Source of the DNA: an uncultured virus (IMG/VR IMGVR_UViG_3300033996_000365)
Taxonomy: Duplodnaviria; Heunggongvirae; Uroviricota; Caudoviricetes
Direction: 5' to 3' (one strand)
DNA length: 64,000 bases
Virus record (IMG/VR): IMGVR_UViG_3300033996_000365
Numbering within the stretch: the first letter of the stretch is position 1; the number at the start of each line of letters is the position of its first letter. The notes beneath the pieces are model-generated. The model was not told the origin of the DNA and made no database searches. It saw only the letters and a program-made list of their open reading frames with translations. Of the stretch, positions 35,357-46,700 are shown piece after piece. The position numbers and the translations under genes were made by a program.

Positions 35357-38300
35357 CCTCTAGCCGCGCCTCTTCCATCTGGCGGGCAATCTCGCCGATG
35401 ATGACCTTCATACGGTCGATCTCTTCTTTCTTCTGAGCGCCTGACATATTCTCGTCGTTGCGGATAGCCAGGATAGCCTTGCGCATTTCTGCCATGTCCT
35501 TCGCCGCGTTGTCGTAGAACTTCGCCATGGCAATCTTGTCACCCTTGTCCTTCAGGATATCTTGCACCTTGTCTGCCTCGCCTAGCTGCGCAAAGTGGCG
35601 CATGTCGGCATAGGCTTGGGCGATCTCTTTGTTGTTCTCGTAGAACGCAGTGACATACCTGGACTGCGTGGCGGGCAGGCTCTTGATGAACCCAGCAGAC
35701 AGCGTCTCCGTCCAGTTGTTGTCAGGGTATGCAGACTTGGAGAACGGCTGCACAGCATAGTGAGATGCCCACGAAGCAGTACCACCCAACCAACCCAGAT
35801 AACCTTTGATGGCGTAGTCTGCCTGCACGGGCGATATCTCCGTGCTCTCTGGCAGGAAAACGTTGGTAACTTTGGATAGCGCGATAGCAAGCGGGCTAGT
35901 CTTCTCGGCAATACGCTCGGCTTTCGACAGACGTTCCATGCCAGCAGTTTCAATCGGTGCACCCGTGAAGCTGTCCTTGTTAGCGTACAAGTCCACCAGT
36001 GGCTTGATCACCTGCGGGATTGGATTGATGGCGAACGTGTCTGTGAGCATACGCTTCAAGCTCTGCTCGAACACTTTGCCTTCTGCGCCCTTGTCAACGA
36101 TCTGCTCTGCCACGCGCTCGACCATCGTGCCAAATGCACCAATCTCAAATGGCTTTGGTATGCGCAAGGCGTTGTCCATACCCGGCAGCTTGAACCACCA
36201 GAAGTTATCTCGATCCCACTGCTCACGTTTCTGGAACTCTTCGTCGTCCTTGAACGCCATGTATAGCATCAAAGACGCTAGTGCCACGGCAGACATAACG
36301 ATGCTGAACTGTTCAGCCTTTTGTTTGTCCGTCGCCTCAATAGGTTTGCCGGTAGCCTTGTTGTAGATCACCCGGCTGGTCGGCACAATACCGTCGCGGC
36401 CAAGCTTGTACAAACCCTGCACGCGCGCATTTAAGAACGGGATGGTTTGTGTTAGCAGGCGGAAGGCAGGCCACGAACCCTGCATGGAAAAATCCAGCAA
36501 GTCACGGGCATAAAACGATGCCTCTAGGTGCGTAAAATTTTGTTCCGTCTTTGGATTAACCGTATTCCGAAGCTGCTGATACAACGCCATGCGGTTGGCC
36601 GCTTCTGACTTGTTGCCCAAGTCCTGATATGCGCGCCATGCAGCACGCAGCCCAGACTCAATCTTCTTCTCATTATCAAGGATTGTGTCACCCTTTACGC
36701 CCTGGTTTAGCAGGCGGCGGATCAGTTTGGCCTGATCGCCTTCGTACGCAGAACCAAAGTTGAAAATGGCACCGCCTGCTAGCGCAGAGATATGCGCCGG
36801 GTTGTTGCGGTCGGATGCAGCCCAGCCCTGTGCCACGTTGGCAAACGGATTGCGCTTTAAGTCTGACACCGCGATAGCCGAGATGGAATCACGGAACAGG
36901 TTACGAATCTTGAACGCTGGGGATAGAGTGACACCGAATTGCAACATGTTCTTGAAGTCACGGGCGATGTCGAGGAACTTGGACTTCGGACCCATGTATC
37001 CGATAGACATGATGGACTCAAGCAAGAGCGGCTCGATTACCTCGAAGTACGCAGGCTTGCCGCCGATCATGGTCTTGATCAACCCCTTGCCATCGCTGCT
37101 GGTGTACTCTGGCTTCAAGCTGCCATCACCTACCATCGCGCCAGTTTTGTCGCTGTAAACCTTGCCATCTTCCCAGCGCAGACCTACCTTTAGGTTAGGG
37201 AACGCACCGTTTAATTTTATCGCCGCACGAATGGTAGCGTTAGCAGCTTCGTTCTTCATAGACGCAGACAGGATGTGGCTCCAGTTGCGCAGCGTGTTCT
37301 CCATCAAGTCGCCGAACGGTTTCTCGCCACCCTTCAGCGCCTTTGAGAAGTACTGGTTCACCAGCCCTGACTTAGTAGCCGCAGCCTGCACGTCACCGCC
37401 CTCTTCCATCACCTTGTAGAACGGGATGTAGTTGATGTCACGACGGAAAGTTTTATAGGCTTCCTTGTCAATAATTCCCTGGCGCAAAGCAATTGTCAGC
37501 ACAGAACCGTTCAACTTTTTCATGTCGCGTTGAACTTTTTTGTATACCTCAAGTCTAGATTGGTTGCCTATTTTCCCATCCGATAGCTCATCTCTTCGAG
37601 CAACAATCTCTTTGTTAACAGATGGGGCTTTGCCTTTGGCAACCAATTCTGCATCGCGGTTTAGGGCAGCCCAAATTTGATACCTATCAACTTCATTTCC
37701 AACCGGCTCCAAAACCTTCAGCAGACCCTTGCTGTTTGGTTTAATATCCAGCGCGCCGTTATTCAGCTTGACCTCACCATCAAACAGAATGCCTTCCAGC
37801 GCTCCGTCGATGGTCTTCGCCATCCGGGCTTTCATGTAGGCTTCTTCGCTGTAGTCCTTGATCGTGCGGTACTGATCAGCAATACCCTGCGCCAGCCGCT
37901 GCCAGAAGCGGTCACGCATACCGTCTATCTTCTGAACAATATTCTTATTCTGCGGGAAGAAGGTAGGACTAATCTTATTCCACAGATCGTCAGGCACACC
38001 CTCAAAGCTAGACGGCTTCTCTTTCGGAGCGCCCGTCCGCATCTTGTCCCACTTCTCTTCCAACTTGTCCTGCATCCGTTTGGGTTCTTCCGAGGCGTCG
38101 GCAGGCGCATCTTCAAATGGTTCTTGTTTTTTGTCCTCTATTCCAACAACTTCATCTTTGGCGAAGCTAGCCTGCTGACTTGGCCTAGATACCAACTCAT
38201 CAGTCAATGCGATAATTTCTGTAAGGGCGTTGTTATTTTTGAACCCAAGCAGTTCAGCCACGTACTTGGTAAACGCACTCCATGCGGTTTGCTTTTGATA

Positions 38301-40781
38301 TGGAATTTTGGCTAGTTCATATTGAAAGTTAACGTTGGAGTTCGACTCTGCCACAAACTCTTCAACATTTTTCAACGCGTAAAGCTTTCCCTTGCCTCGA
38401 CTAGATAGATAAGACTTAACATGTTTGTACAAATCATTGATTTTTTTAACTGCTGGCTTCTGCGCTTCAGTTGGATTACGCAAGCCATCCATGGTCAAAT
38501 GGTGAGTAAGCTCGTGAGCTACCACATGTTCTACCGCAGCGGTGGCTTTGCTGCGCATGTAGATATTGCGTTGGCTAGGTATGTATATGCCAGAGTATTT
38601 TCTATCTGACCTAGTAGCTTCAGGTGGGAATAGCCCGACGCCAAACGGCCTGGCTTCTTTAGCTAAGTCAGCAATACGCTGAATAAACGGATTTTTGCTT
38701 TCCTCAAGTTGAGTAATTACGCCAACAGGATCATTGTTTGCAACAGCATCTGCTAACGCCTTGTTTGGTTCAAAACTAAGCTCGGCAGATACACCGCCAG
38801 GAACTCTAGTAAAACTAGGTTTCCCGCCAACTGCTTTGCCAAACATGTGCAAGGCTACCAACTCGGCCAAGGCATCGGGAGCTTTGGCAGACTCGGCCTG
38901 TTTCTTGTCACGCTCGTCGTCGCGCACTTCTTCCACTGTCTGTGGCGGTGGGCGAACAACCTCTGATTGATCTGGGTAGTATTCGTCTATTGGCTGTTCT
39001 GGGATTTGTTCGAGAACTCGCGCAGGTGGCTCAACAGCTCCAGCCTCTGTTTCGGTGGGAGCGCCCGCAACGCTTTCATAAAGTCCTCTTTGCTCATCAA
39101 CCGCTTCTTGGACGAGGGTGTTGAATGTTTCTGCATCTGCATACTCCTTGTAGGCATCCTCTATATTTGATAACTCAACACCAATCTGCTGCAACCGCAT
39201 GTTGGTTGCGTAGGTAAGGTAGTTTCCTTGGCGTAGCTGATCCTTGATGTATTCTTCAGCGTCTTTTGCCTTGGCTAGTTCGTCGCCTTCTAGACGGCCA
39301 AACTCAAGTTGATCCGGCGAACCGTGATATTGCTCTGGCAGCCAGTCGTTTAACTGCCCGCTTGCAGTCAGGTCAGCAATTGATGTGCCTCGTGCGCCCT
39401 TGGGTGCAAGTAGCATCCTAAACTTTTTGTCATCTAGTTCGCTGAAGTCAGACGGTATTAGGTTGCCCTTGATGGCCGACCACAGACTCTTGCCAGGCTC
39501 TCCACGTTCCAAGCGCTTTACCTCTTTGCCCAGCGCTTCCATGTCTTGCTCCATCTCTGCAAGCTCTGGCGGACGTGGCGACGGTTCGCCTTGGGCAAAC
39601 TCGGCTTCTGTTATTGGCGGCGCTTCTGCACGAGCGCGTAACTCATCTTCTGAAACGACAGCTTCCGGCGGTGCGCCCGCAGGTGCAGGTGCAGCTCTTT
39701 CTGTTGGTGGCAACGTTGCCGCGCCACCAGGTTCTACAGGAGGGGCAACTCCCGCTGCTGGTTCAGCAGCAGGCTCTGGCTTGGCTTCTGGTGCTTCACG
39801 ACGGCTGACCACACCTGCCGCAGTACCCAGCCCTAGACCGCCAACAGCAGCCATACCCATCGTTTCGCCCAGACCTTCTGTCAGGCTACGGCTAGGATCG
39901 ACTTGTTGGATGGCAAGGTTCTGGGCTACCTTTCCGCCACCTTCTTCAATCATCTCGCTGACGGTTTCGCCCAAGCCGCCTTTAACAATAGCTTTACCTC
40001 TAGCCGCAATACCGCCTTTAATAGGAACATTAGCCAGCGCGCGCTCGATAGCACGGCCGCCCGGCAGTATCTGTGCACCCACCGATATAGCGGCAGCCCC
40101 CAAGCCAGCATAACGAGCGTAGCCAAGCACGCTGCCAGTAGCCTCTTCCGGCGACATGCCTTGGTCTACAAGTTTCTTGTGCAACTCCTTGAACGTCTCT
40201 GCACCGACGTCTGCGCCTTGTTGTGTAGCGCCTGTGCCGACAGCACCAGCCACCGCCGTGCGTGCGCCAGCACCGGCAAGACTCAAGCCGCGCGCGACTG
40301 CAAGACCGGGAATAAGGTTGGGCACCTGCTCTGCGATGAAGTTAGTCAGCAGCGCAGGATTGCGGAGTGTTTCTTTGGCAGCAGTAAGACCAGCAGACAG
40401 TTCGCCTTCTTTTGTAGCCTCTTTTATCTTGGCCGCGCGCTCAGCCTCCAAGCGTTTCAGCTCTTCCGACTTCATGCCTTCACCGGTCTCGCGCAGCTCG
40501 CGTCCAACCTTGGTTAAGCCAGTGTCGGAGAAGTCGCCTGTGGCTAGACCGTATAACTGACCTGGCAACTGTGCCAGCGCGCCCACGCCAGATACCGCAC
40601 CAGCACCAATATCTTTGAAGAACTCACCAGTTGTGCGTTCTTTGGGAGCAGCAGGAGCTTGTGGCGCAGGCTGTGAAACCATCGCCTGACGCAAAGCATC
40701 AGCCAGAGCCTGTGCGGCCTGCTTATCTCCCGCGTTGTGTGCGTTTAGAAAGGCTCGCTCAAGCTCTTGTACTGTTGCCAT
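35328..40781 (-). CDS. large internal/ejected virion protein with zincin-like and LPD38-like regions
   Basis: 1817 aa, last late gene; VAHELTH...EEFVAE; C-terminal IPFLNA, RIPKPFEIG, NKDSFTGAPI. Confidence 0.7.
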   Translation of the reverse strand: MATVQELERAFLNAHNAGDKQAAQALADALRQAMVSQPAPQAPAAPKERTTGEFFKDIGAGAVSGVGALAQLPGQLYGLATGDFSDTGLTKVGRELRETGEGMKSEELKRLEAERAAKIKEATKEGELSAGLTAAKETLRNPALLTNFIAEQVPNLIPGLAVARGLSLAGAGARTAVAGAVGTGATQQGADVGAETFKELHKKLVDQGMSPEEATGSVLGYARYAGLGAAAISVGAQILPGGRAIERALANVPIKGGIAARGKAIVKGGLGETVSEMIEEGGGKVAQNLAIQQVDPSRSLTEGLGETMGMAAVGGLGLGTAAGVVSRREAPEAKPEPAAEPAAGVAPPVEPGGAATLPPTERAAPAPAGAPPEAVVSEDELRARAEAPPITEAEFAQGEPSPRPPELAEMEQDMEALGKEVKRLERGEPGKSLWSAIKGNLIPSDFSELDDKKFRMLLAPKGARGTSIADLTASGQLNDWLPEQYHGSPDQLEFGRLEGDELAKAKDAEEYIKDQLRQGNYLTYATNMRLQQIGVELSNIEDAYKEYADAETFNTLVQEAVDEQRGLYESVAGAPTETEAGAVEPPARVLEQIPEQPIDEYYPDQSEVVRPPPQTVEEVRDDERDKKQAESAKAPDALAELVALHMFGKAVGGKPSFTRVPGGVSAELSFEPNKALADAVANNDPVGVITQLEESKNPFIQRIADLAKEARPFGVGLFPPEATRSDRKYSGIYIPSQRNIYMRSKATAAVEHVVAHELTHHLTMDGLRNPTEAQKPAVKKINDLYKHVKSYLSSRGKGKLYALKNVEEFVAESNSNVNFQYELAKIPYQKQTAWSAFTKYVAELLGFKNNNALTEIIALTDELVSRPSQQASFAKDEVVGIEDKKQEPFEDAPADASEEPKRMQDKLEEKWDKMRTGAPKEKPSSFEGVPDDLWNKISPTFFPQNKNIVQKIDGMRDRFWQRLAQGIADQYRTIKDYSEEAYMKARMAKTIDGALEGILFDGEVKLNNGALDIKPNSKGLLKVLEPVGNEVDRYQIWAALNRDAELVAKGKAPSVNKEIVARRDELSDGKIGNQSRLEVYKKVQRDMKKLNGSVLTIALRQGIIDKEAYKTFRRDINYIPFYKVMEEGGDVQAAATKSGLVNQYFSKALKGGEKPFGDLMENTLRNWSHILSASMKNEAANATIRAAIKLNGAFPNLKVGLRWEDGKVYSDKTGAMVGDGSLKPEYTSSDGKGLIKTMIGGKPAYFEVIEPLLLESIMSIGYMGPKSKFLDIARDFKNMLQFGVTLSPAFKIRNLFRDSISAIAVSDLKRNPFANVAQGWAASDRNNPAHISALAGGAIFNFGSAYEGDQAKLIRRLLNQGVKGDTILDNEKKIESGLRAAWRAYQDLGNKSEAANRMALYQQLRNTVNPKTEQNFTHLEASFYARDLLDFSMQGSWPAFRLLTQTIPFLNARVQGLYKLGRDGIVPTSRVIYNKATGKPIEATDKQKAEQFSIVMSAVALASLMLYMAFKDDEEFQKREQWDRDNFWWFKLPGMDNALRIPKPFEIGAFGTMVERVAEQIVDKGAEGKVFEQSLKRMLTDTFAINPIPQVIKPLVDLYANKDSFTGAPIETAGMERLSKAERIAEKTSPLAIALSKVTNVFLPESTEISPVQADYAIKGYLGWLGGTASWASHYAVQPFSKSAYPDNNWTETLSAGFIKSLPATQSRYVTAFYENNKEIAQAYADMRHFAQLGEADKVQDILKDKGDKIAMAKFYDNAAKDMAEMRKAILAIRNDENMSGAQKKEEIDRMKVIIGEIARQMEEARLEVKKQFAGAR

Positions 40782-42218
40782 TTATTTTCCGCCGTATTGT
40801 GATAATGCTTTCTGTGCTTCTGGGCTTAGTTTGAATGGGTTTGTAACTGTCGAAGGCTGACCACCGCCGGCCTGCAATCTTTTGGTTTCCTCTTCAACCG
40901 CCTTTGCATAAGCGTTCGGATCTCGCAAGCTCATCGCAAAATTTATATCAACCTGTGCTCGCTTGGCTACATTATCAGCAGCCTTGTCAGCTAAAGACGC
41001 AGGACTAGCTCCAGCGCCGCCTTTAACAATAGCAAGAGCGTCGGCAAGCGTAGCATTTGGATTAGTCTTGCGCATATCTGCCAAAACTTGATTTGCCAGC
41101 GTAGATGTTTCGCCCATACCTGCTCTTGCAAACGCACCGCTCTGCTGCATTTTTTCGACGGCAATTCTGTTTTCGCCCTCGTAAACCGCAAGAGCTTTGC
41201 GCGTAGCGGTTTCAATATCCAATTTCTCTTTGTCAGCAATAAATCTAGCAAGTGTTTTAACGCCATCGTTGTACTGATCAACAGCTTTAAGCTGCTGATC
41301 GTCGTACTTGCTCTGCTTTCTTTCAAGTCTTTCAGCATTCTTGGCTGACTGATCGCGCTTAAATCGATCTTCTGCTAACAGCAACTCGCGTTCACTCTTC
41401 TTGATATCGCGTTCTGTTTCACGGATGTCTCGAACGGAAGCGCTGTACTGCTGCGCTGCCTGCCTACCAACGTCTGCAAGTACCTGAAATTCTTGTCCCT
41501 GACGAGCGCCCATCAAGCCAAGACCAGCCATTAACAGCGCTTCGCCCTTTGCTTCTTCTCTACGCTTCTTCAGTTCCTCGCGGCGGCCAGACTCCTCTTC
41601 GCGTAACTTGCGGAATAACTCCGGCGTATCCACGCCTGCCAGCCGCTCTGATTCTTTGCTGATATCAAATTCGCCTTGCAATGTTGGCGCTGCTGTCTTT
41701 CCGTACTCGCGGAACCTAAAGCCGCCCGGCAACGCCGGCAAACTGTCTCCAGCGGGCGCAGCAGGCACCTCAGGCATTTCACCGCCCGGCTGTGTAGCCA
41801 GCCCCCTGCGGAACGTATCGCTACCAGACACAAGATCGCCGTCGGCATATCCGGGTATGTCACCACCGTCGGCAAATGCCACGATGCCACCGCCTGCCAT
41901 CTCTCGCATCCCGCTTGGCAACGCTGCCACGCCCGCGCTAGGAGCAGGAGCGCCTGCCGCCGCCATAATTCCCTCTGGCATCTGACCCTGTGCAGTCGTA
42001 GGCATTTGCGGAGAAAGCACATCCTCTGCAACCGTAGTCTGCGGAGGCTGCATAGCAGACTTGGCAATCCGGTCAATCATCATGCCAGCCATCAGCGCAC
42101 GCTGCGGATCCAACATGCCCATCTGCACCATGCGTGCTAAATCAGGCTTGCTGTACTTGGTAGCAAGTTCACGGATCTCGTCTATCCGCATTCCAAAATC
42201 ATCTCGCTTCATCATCAA
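40782..42218 (-). CDS. internal virion/ejection protein
   Basis: Helical, Ala/Gln-rich; position before the largest gene. Confidence 0.6.
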   Translation of the reverse strand: MMMKRDDFGMRIDEIRELATKYSKPDLARMVQMGMLDPQRALMAGMMIDRIAKSAMQPPQTTVAEDVLSPQMPTTAQGQMPEGIMAAAGAPAPSAGVAALPSGMREMAGGGIVAFADGGDIPGYADGDLVSGSDTFRRGLATQPGGEMPEVPAAPAGDSLPALPGGFRFREYGKTAAPTLQGEFDISKESERLAGVDTPELFRKLREEESGRREELKKRREEAKGEALLMAGLGLMGARQGQEFQVLADVGRQAAQQYSASVRDIRETERDIKKSERELLLAEDRFKRDQSAKNAERLERKQSKYDDQQLKAVDQYNDGVKTLARFIADKEKLDIETATRKALAVYEGENRIAVEKMQQSGAFARAGMGETSTLANQVLADMRKTNPNATLADALAIVKGGAGASPASLADKAADNVAKRAQVDINFAMSLRDPNAYAKAVEEETKRLQAGGGQPSTVTNPFKLSPEAQKALSQYGGK

Positions 42219-43318
42219 CCTCTCGACAGATGATCAACTGCTAGATCGGCTAGACCGCCACCAGCAAAAAACTTGCTTGCCCCGTACGCCGCTGTGCCAA
42301 GACCAGCCAACTGTGCTGTCAACGATGGTGGCGCTTGGTAGATAGCTTGCGTGGTCTGCTGCGGCATACCCTTTAGCATCTCTGTCATGAATGCAATCTG
42401 CTGATACGGGTACTGTTTCTGCGCCAAGAAGTCTTCGTACTCACGAGTTAGCATCTGCTGCTGCAACGCCTGCCGCTGCTGCCCCACACCCTGCAACGCG
42501 TTGATAAGACCTTGCTGCTGCTTCATTTGTTCTGCACCAAGACCACCCAACTGCTGGGCTGCTTGCAACTGCGTCTGCAATCCCTGCATGGTCAAGCCAG
42601 CGCCGTACTGACGAGACTGTTCTAACGCTTGTTGCGCCTGTAACGCTCTTGCCGCCTCGGTGCCATACAGGTTCTGCGCTTGCTCGAACGCAGCTTGCTG
42701 CCCGCGCTGCTGAATGTCTGCCTTCTGCTGCGCTAGATTCCTAGCCGCCTCGGCCTCCATAATTGCCTGACGACTACCGCCGTACGCACCGCGACTTACT
42801 GCCTGCGCCTTCAACTGTTGGTTGGCAATGTCTGCCTGTCTCTGCGCTTCACGCTGCTGAATGTCGATAACATTCTGCGTGTACGGCGACATGTACAAAC
42901 CAGCCAGTCCAGGCGTGGTAAAGCTGGCTGTCCCGAACTGCTGCGGTGCGTACTGTACATCGCCCGCCTTCAAACCAGCCGCTGTTGCAAACTGTGATGC
43001 TGGGCCAAGCTGCTGCGCAGGGCCAAGGTTGGCTACCGCCTGCTGTGCCGTTAGCTGGAATGGATCAAAGCCAGCAATCCGCTCACCCATGTACCGGGTA
43101 TATGGCCGTGATGCTTCCGCCAGAGCGCGACCGGCAGTCTCGGTGACCATCGGCTTAAACTCTTCCGGGTAACTAAGCTGAGTAACCGATTGTTGGGTCG
43201 GCTGCTGCTGACTTGGCCCACTGTCATACAAACGAATCTTGCCGCCCTCCGCTTTGAAAGCGCCAAGATCGCCGGGGATAAACCCAGCTTCCATCATTGC
43301 AAAAGATATACGGCTCAT
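42215..43318 (-). CDS. DNA pilot/ejection protein
   Basis: Gln/Ala-rich; YMSPY..NV and GAYGGSR motifs. Confidence 0.65.
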   Translation of the reverse strand: MSRISFAMMEAGFIPGDLGAFKAEGGKIRLYDSGPSQQQPTQQSVTQLSYPEEFKPMVTETAGRALAEASRPYTRYMGERIAGFDPFQLTAQQAVANLGPAQQLGPASQFATAAGLKAGDVQYAPQQFGTASFTTPGLAGLYMSPYTQNVIDIQQREAQRQADIANQQLKAQAVSRGAYGGSRQAIMEAEAARNLAQQKADIQQRGQQAAFEQAQNLYGTEAARALQAQQALEQSRQYGAGLTMQGLQTQLQAAQQLGGLGAEQMKQQQGLINALQGVGQQRQALQQQMLTREYEDFLAQKQYPYQQIAFMTEMLKGMPQQTTQAIYQAPPSLTAQLAGLGTAAYGASKFFAGGGLADLAVDHLSRG

Positions 43319-43326
43319 AGTAGCCT

Positions 43327-43758
43327 CTACTCAAAAAATCTTTGGTACGTCACGCTTTGTGCTGTGTAGCCATACTTTTCAGCGTGCTTCTTCCAACCCG
43401 GTCTGCCAACAAACTCGATGCCCTTGCACCCAGCATCTACTGCGTAAGTCTTTGCGTACTCTTGCATCAGCGGTTCTATCTGCGCCATCTTGTTTGGCAA
43501 CATTGCCGCATACTGAATGACCAACATTTTAAACTGTGGATACTGCTTGACCTGCGTGATGAACTGACCGTGCGCCTCTTTGGTCTCATCATCAAACACC
43601 ACCCACAACTGCATCTCGCCTGTAAACAGGAAGCGCAGAATATCGTCCACGCTTGACCGACCTCTACTGCGCTTTGCCGACTCCACCAGATACGGCATGA
43701 TGGCCGGAATTGTTCCGGCTACCGCGCCGTAAGGTATTAACGCTATGTCTAACTTCAT
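43327..43758 (-). CDS. GNAT-like virion morphogenesis protein
   Basis: QLWVV...YP...GCKGIEFVGRPGW; position like P22 gp14 or T7 gp13. Confidence 0.5.
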   Translation of the reverse strand: MKLDIALIPYGAVAGTIPAIMPYLVESAKRSRGRSSVDDILRFLFTGEMQLWVVFDDETKEAHGQFITQVKQYPQFKMLVIQYAAMLPNKMAQIEPLMQEYAKTYAVDAGCKGIEFVGRPGWKKHAEKYGYTAQSVTYQRFFE

Positions 43759-46700
43759 GCAGGCAGCAACTTCTCTGCCCTGCTATTTACTGCTACCTGA
43801 TTTTTTCCTATCGACTTGCGTCGAGCACGCTGGACACGATCCATCATCGCGTACAGTTTGCGTGCGCCAGCATCAGTGGAACCGTTGCCAAGTTCGGACA
43901 CAATCCGCGCTGGGATTACAAACTCACCATCAGCAAGACGAGCAGGCTGCCTGCCACCAATAGAAGCAGGGATTGAATCACTAACTCCATCGCCGGGTCC
44001 TTTCAATAAACGACCACCGTCAGAGTAATCACCCAAGTGATACCCGCCACGCGCATAACCACCCATCGCCATCATCGTGACCGGTGCCGTATTTGCAGAA
44101 GCATCCACGGGGATTACCACTCCCGGCTGGGCTACTGCGTTAGATTGCGCTACCGCAGGTTGAATTTGCTTCTCACCGATATTTGCCAACTGCTGCTCGT
44201 AGTTCTGCTGTTGTGGCAATTGTGACGGCTGCGGCAATCCAGTTAAGCCTGGCATCAACTGACCCTGCGCTGGTGCTGCTGCAGGTGCGTCAAACCGCAG
44301 GCCGCGCTGCAACGCAGGCGCAGTCTCTGCCGCTTGGGCCGCCAACGTCTGCAAGCCAAGCTGCTCTTGGAACGTCGGGTTCAACGGCATAGCACCTTGA
44401 ATCGTCACAGGCCCACGAGTCTGTGGTGTCTGCATACCTGATGGCGTCGGCGTTAAGCCGCTAATAGTTCCAAGTCCAGTCTGCACCTGCTGGGTAGGCT
44501 TGTACTCAAGCACAGTGCCCGGCGCATACTTTTCAAAATCTAACCGAGGTATCAAGCCCTGCGTAAACTTCTGCTTGTAGTCTGGCGTTTGCTTCAGTGC
44601 CTCTACCAACGACTGTTGTGTTTGGCCTTTGGAATACTTGTTAATTTCATCCAAGGTTGGCTGCCTGCCAAGAACATCCTTGAACGCCGTCGCAATAGTT
44701 TCTATTGGCAGTTTATTAGCAGCAGTAATTGACTCCAGCCCTAGCTTGTTGACGTTTTCTAGGAACGCAGCTTGACCCTTAATATAAGTACGCAACTGAT
44801 TGAAGTTAGTTGGCTTGGCTTTCTTCATAGCCGCAAGCTCACCACCAGTAGGCTCACGCCCGGTGTAGTATTGCCAGTTCTCACGCAGGTCGTCGTCGGT
44901 GTACGACATCTTTGCCGTCACATCAGGCAATCTGGTAGCAAACGTAGCGATAGCTGCGTCGCTCGTTCTGGTTCCCAAGAACCTGTCCATCTCCGCTGCT
45001 GTCGGGCGGCGGCCAGCGACATCTTCAAAGATAGCTTGGATGTCTTTCTCTTCCATCAACCGAGTGGTTGGATCGTACGCAAACTTTGTAAGTGGCTTGT
45101 ACTGTCCTGCGGTCTTTAGCTGTGCATTGAGCGCGTTTATCTGTTGATCAATATTGGCGGTAGACGCTGTCGGTGACGTTGTTATGGCATTAACCTTTTG
45201 TTCCTGCAACGCTCTTATCTTGTTCTGTATTGCCTCCGCAGTTTCAAAAGTTGCGGGGCGTAGCGCCTGCACATTAGTAGCCTTGCGACCGGTCTCATCT
45301 TGCCAAGCCTGCTTCTCTGCCGCTAACGCATCTTGATATGCGTTGTACTTTTCCATCGCTGCGTCATACGTAGCTTGTGCTTTGTTTGTAGCTGCTTCGT
45401 TTGCAGCCACCATCTTGTCACGCGCCGCAATACTTGATTGATAAGCCTTAGCTTGATTCAGGTTTGCGTTCGCAACGTTGATGCGATTCACCATATCCGC
45501 AATAGGCTTGGCGTTTGCTCTTGTGTTTTTTCTTAGTTCGGTAAGTTGCGCCCTTAAATCATTAACCTGACTTTGATAGGCATCAAGATCGTTAAACTTT
45601 TCCAACGATGCAATTCGCTTATCCAGCGCCGCTGTGCTTTGGAGCGAGGGCTTTGGTTCCGGTGGCTTTGCTACAGCTTTTAACTTGGAAATAAATCCGC
45701 CTGTTGCTAGAGACGCGATGCCGCCGCCTGCAAGCTTCTGCTCGCCGGTGTACGGATCTGTCCGCTGGTAATCCATAGGCTTGAAGACGTTCTCCGATAT
45801 CGGCACGTTGCGCGGCACCATGTATCCATACGGGCGCATGTTTGCCATCGGGTAGTTCGTGTTTGCACCAGTAGATGCCTCTTGCGACATCTTCTCTACT
45901 GGCAAGTCTGCCAGACCGCCTTCTGCTAAAAAGGTGTAATCACGCTCACCTGAAAGCCCTGGCGTTGGACCGGCGATGTATTCGCCCGTGTACGTGCGGG
46001 TAGGACGAATTGGCTGACCCGGCGCTTGCTGCGGCATCATCGGCTGATCTTGCGACAGGGCAAGTGCAGAAACACCAGAGGCAAGAAGCGGCATCTTGTA
46101 TTCGCTCAAGAAATTCTTCCGAGCGTCTTCGCCTTCTTGACCACCGCTAAACAGCTTGCCGCCAAACTGCTGGAACCGTTCGCCTAGCGTTGGTGCTTTT
46201 ACTGCTTGTTCTACGGCAGTAACACCCTGCGTTGTTGGTACGTTTGCCGCAGTTGGTCTAACGATTGGATTAACTGGCGCGCCTACTGTAGGAGTTGGAA
46301 CAAACTGACCGCCAACCATCGTGCCGCCTGCTGGAGCCTTGGCAATAATGCTTGCAGGCGTAGGCGGAGGCAATACACCAGCAGGGTTTGCGCTAATAGC
46401 AGCCAGCTTATCGGCATTTGATGCTGCTGTTGCTGCTGCACTAGGAGCAGCCGCTGCGGCTTGAGACGCGGCAGCTTGCGTTGCTGCACTTGGCCCCAAC
46501 AAACCGGCACCCAGTCCTGCGCCACCATAAGCGCCCATACCCATCATCAAGCCCTTGCCTAGACTGCCGGTGGCAAGTGTGCCAATACCTGCGGTCAACA
46601 GGCCAGCCGACATGGCGCTAGAAAGGCCGCCAAATTTGACAGCCATACCAGCCGGACCCAAGAATGCGCCCGCTACCATAGGCAACAGAGCAGACAAGAA

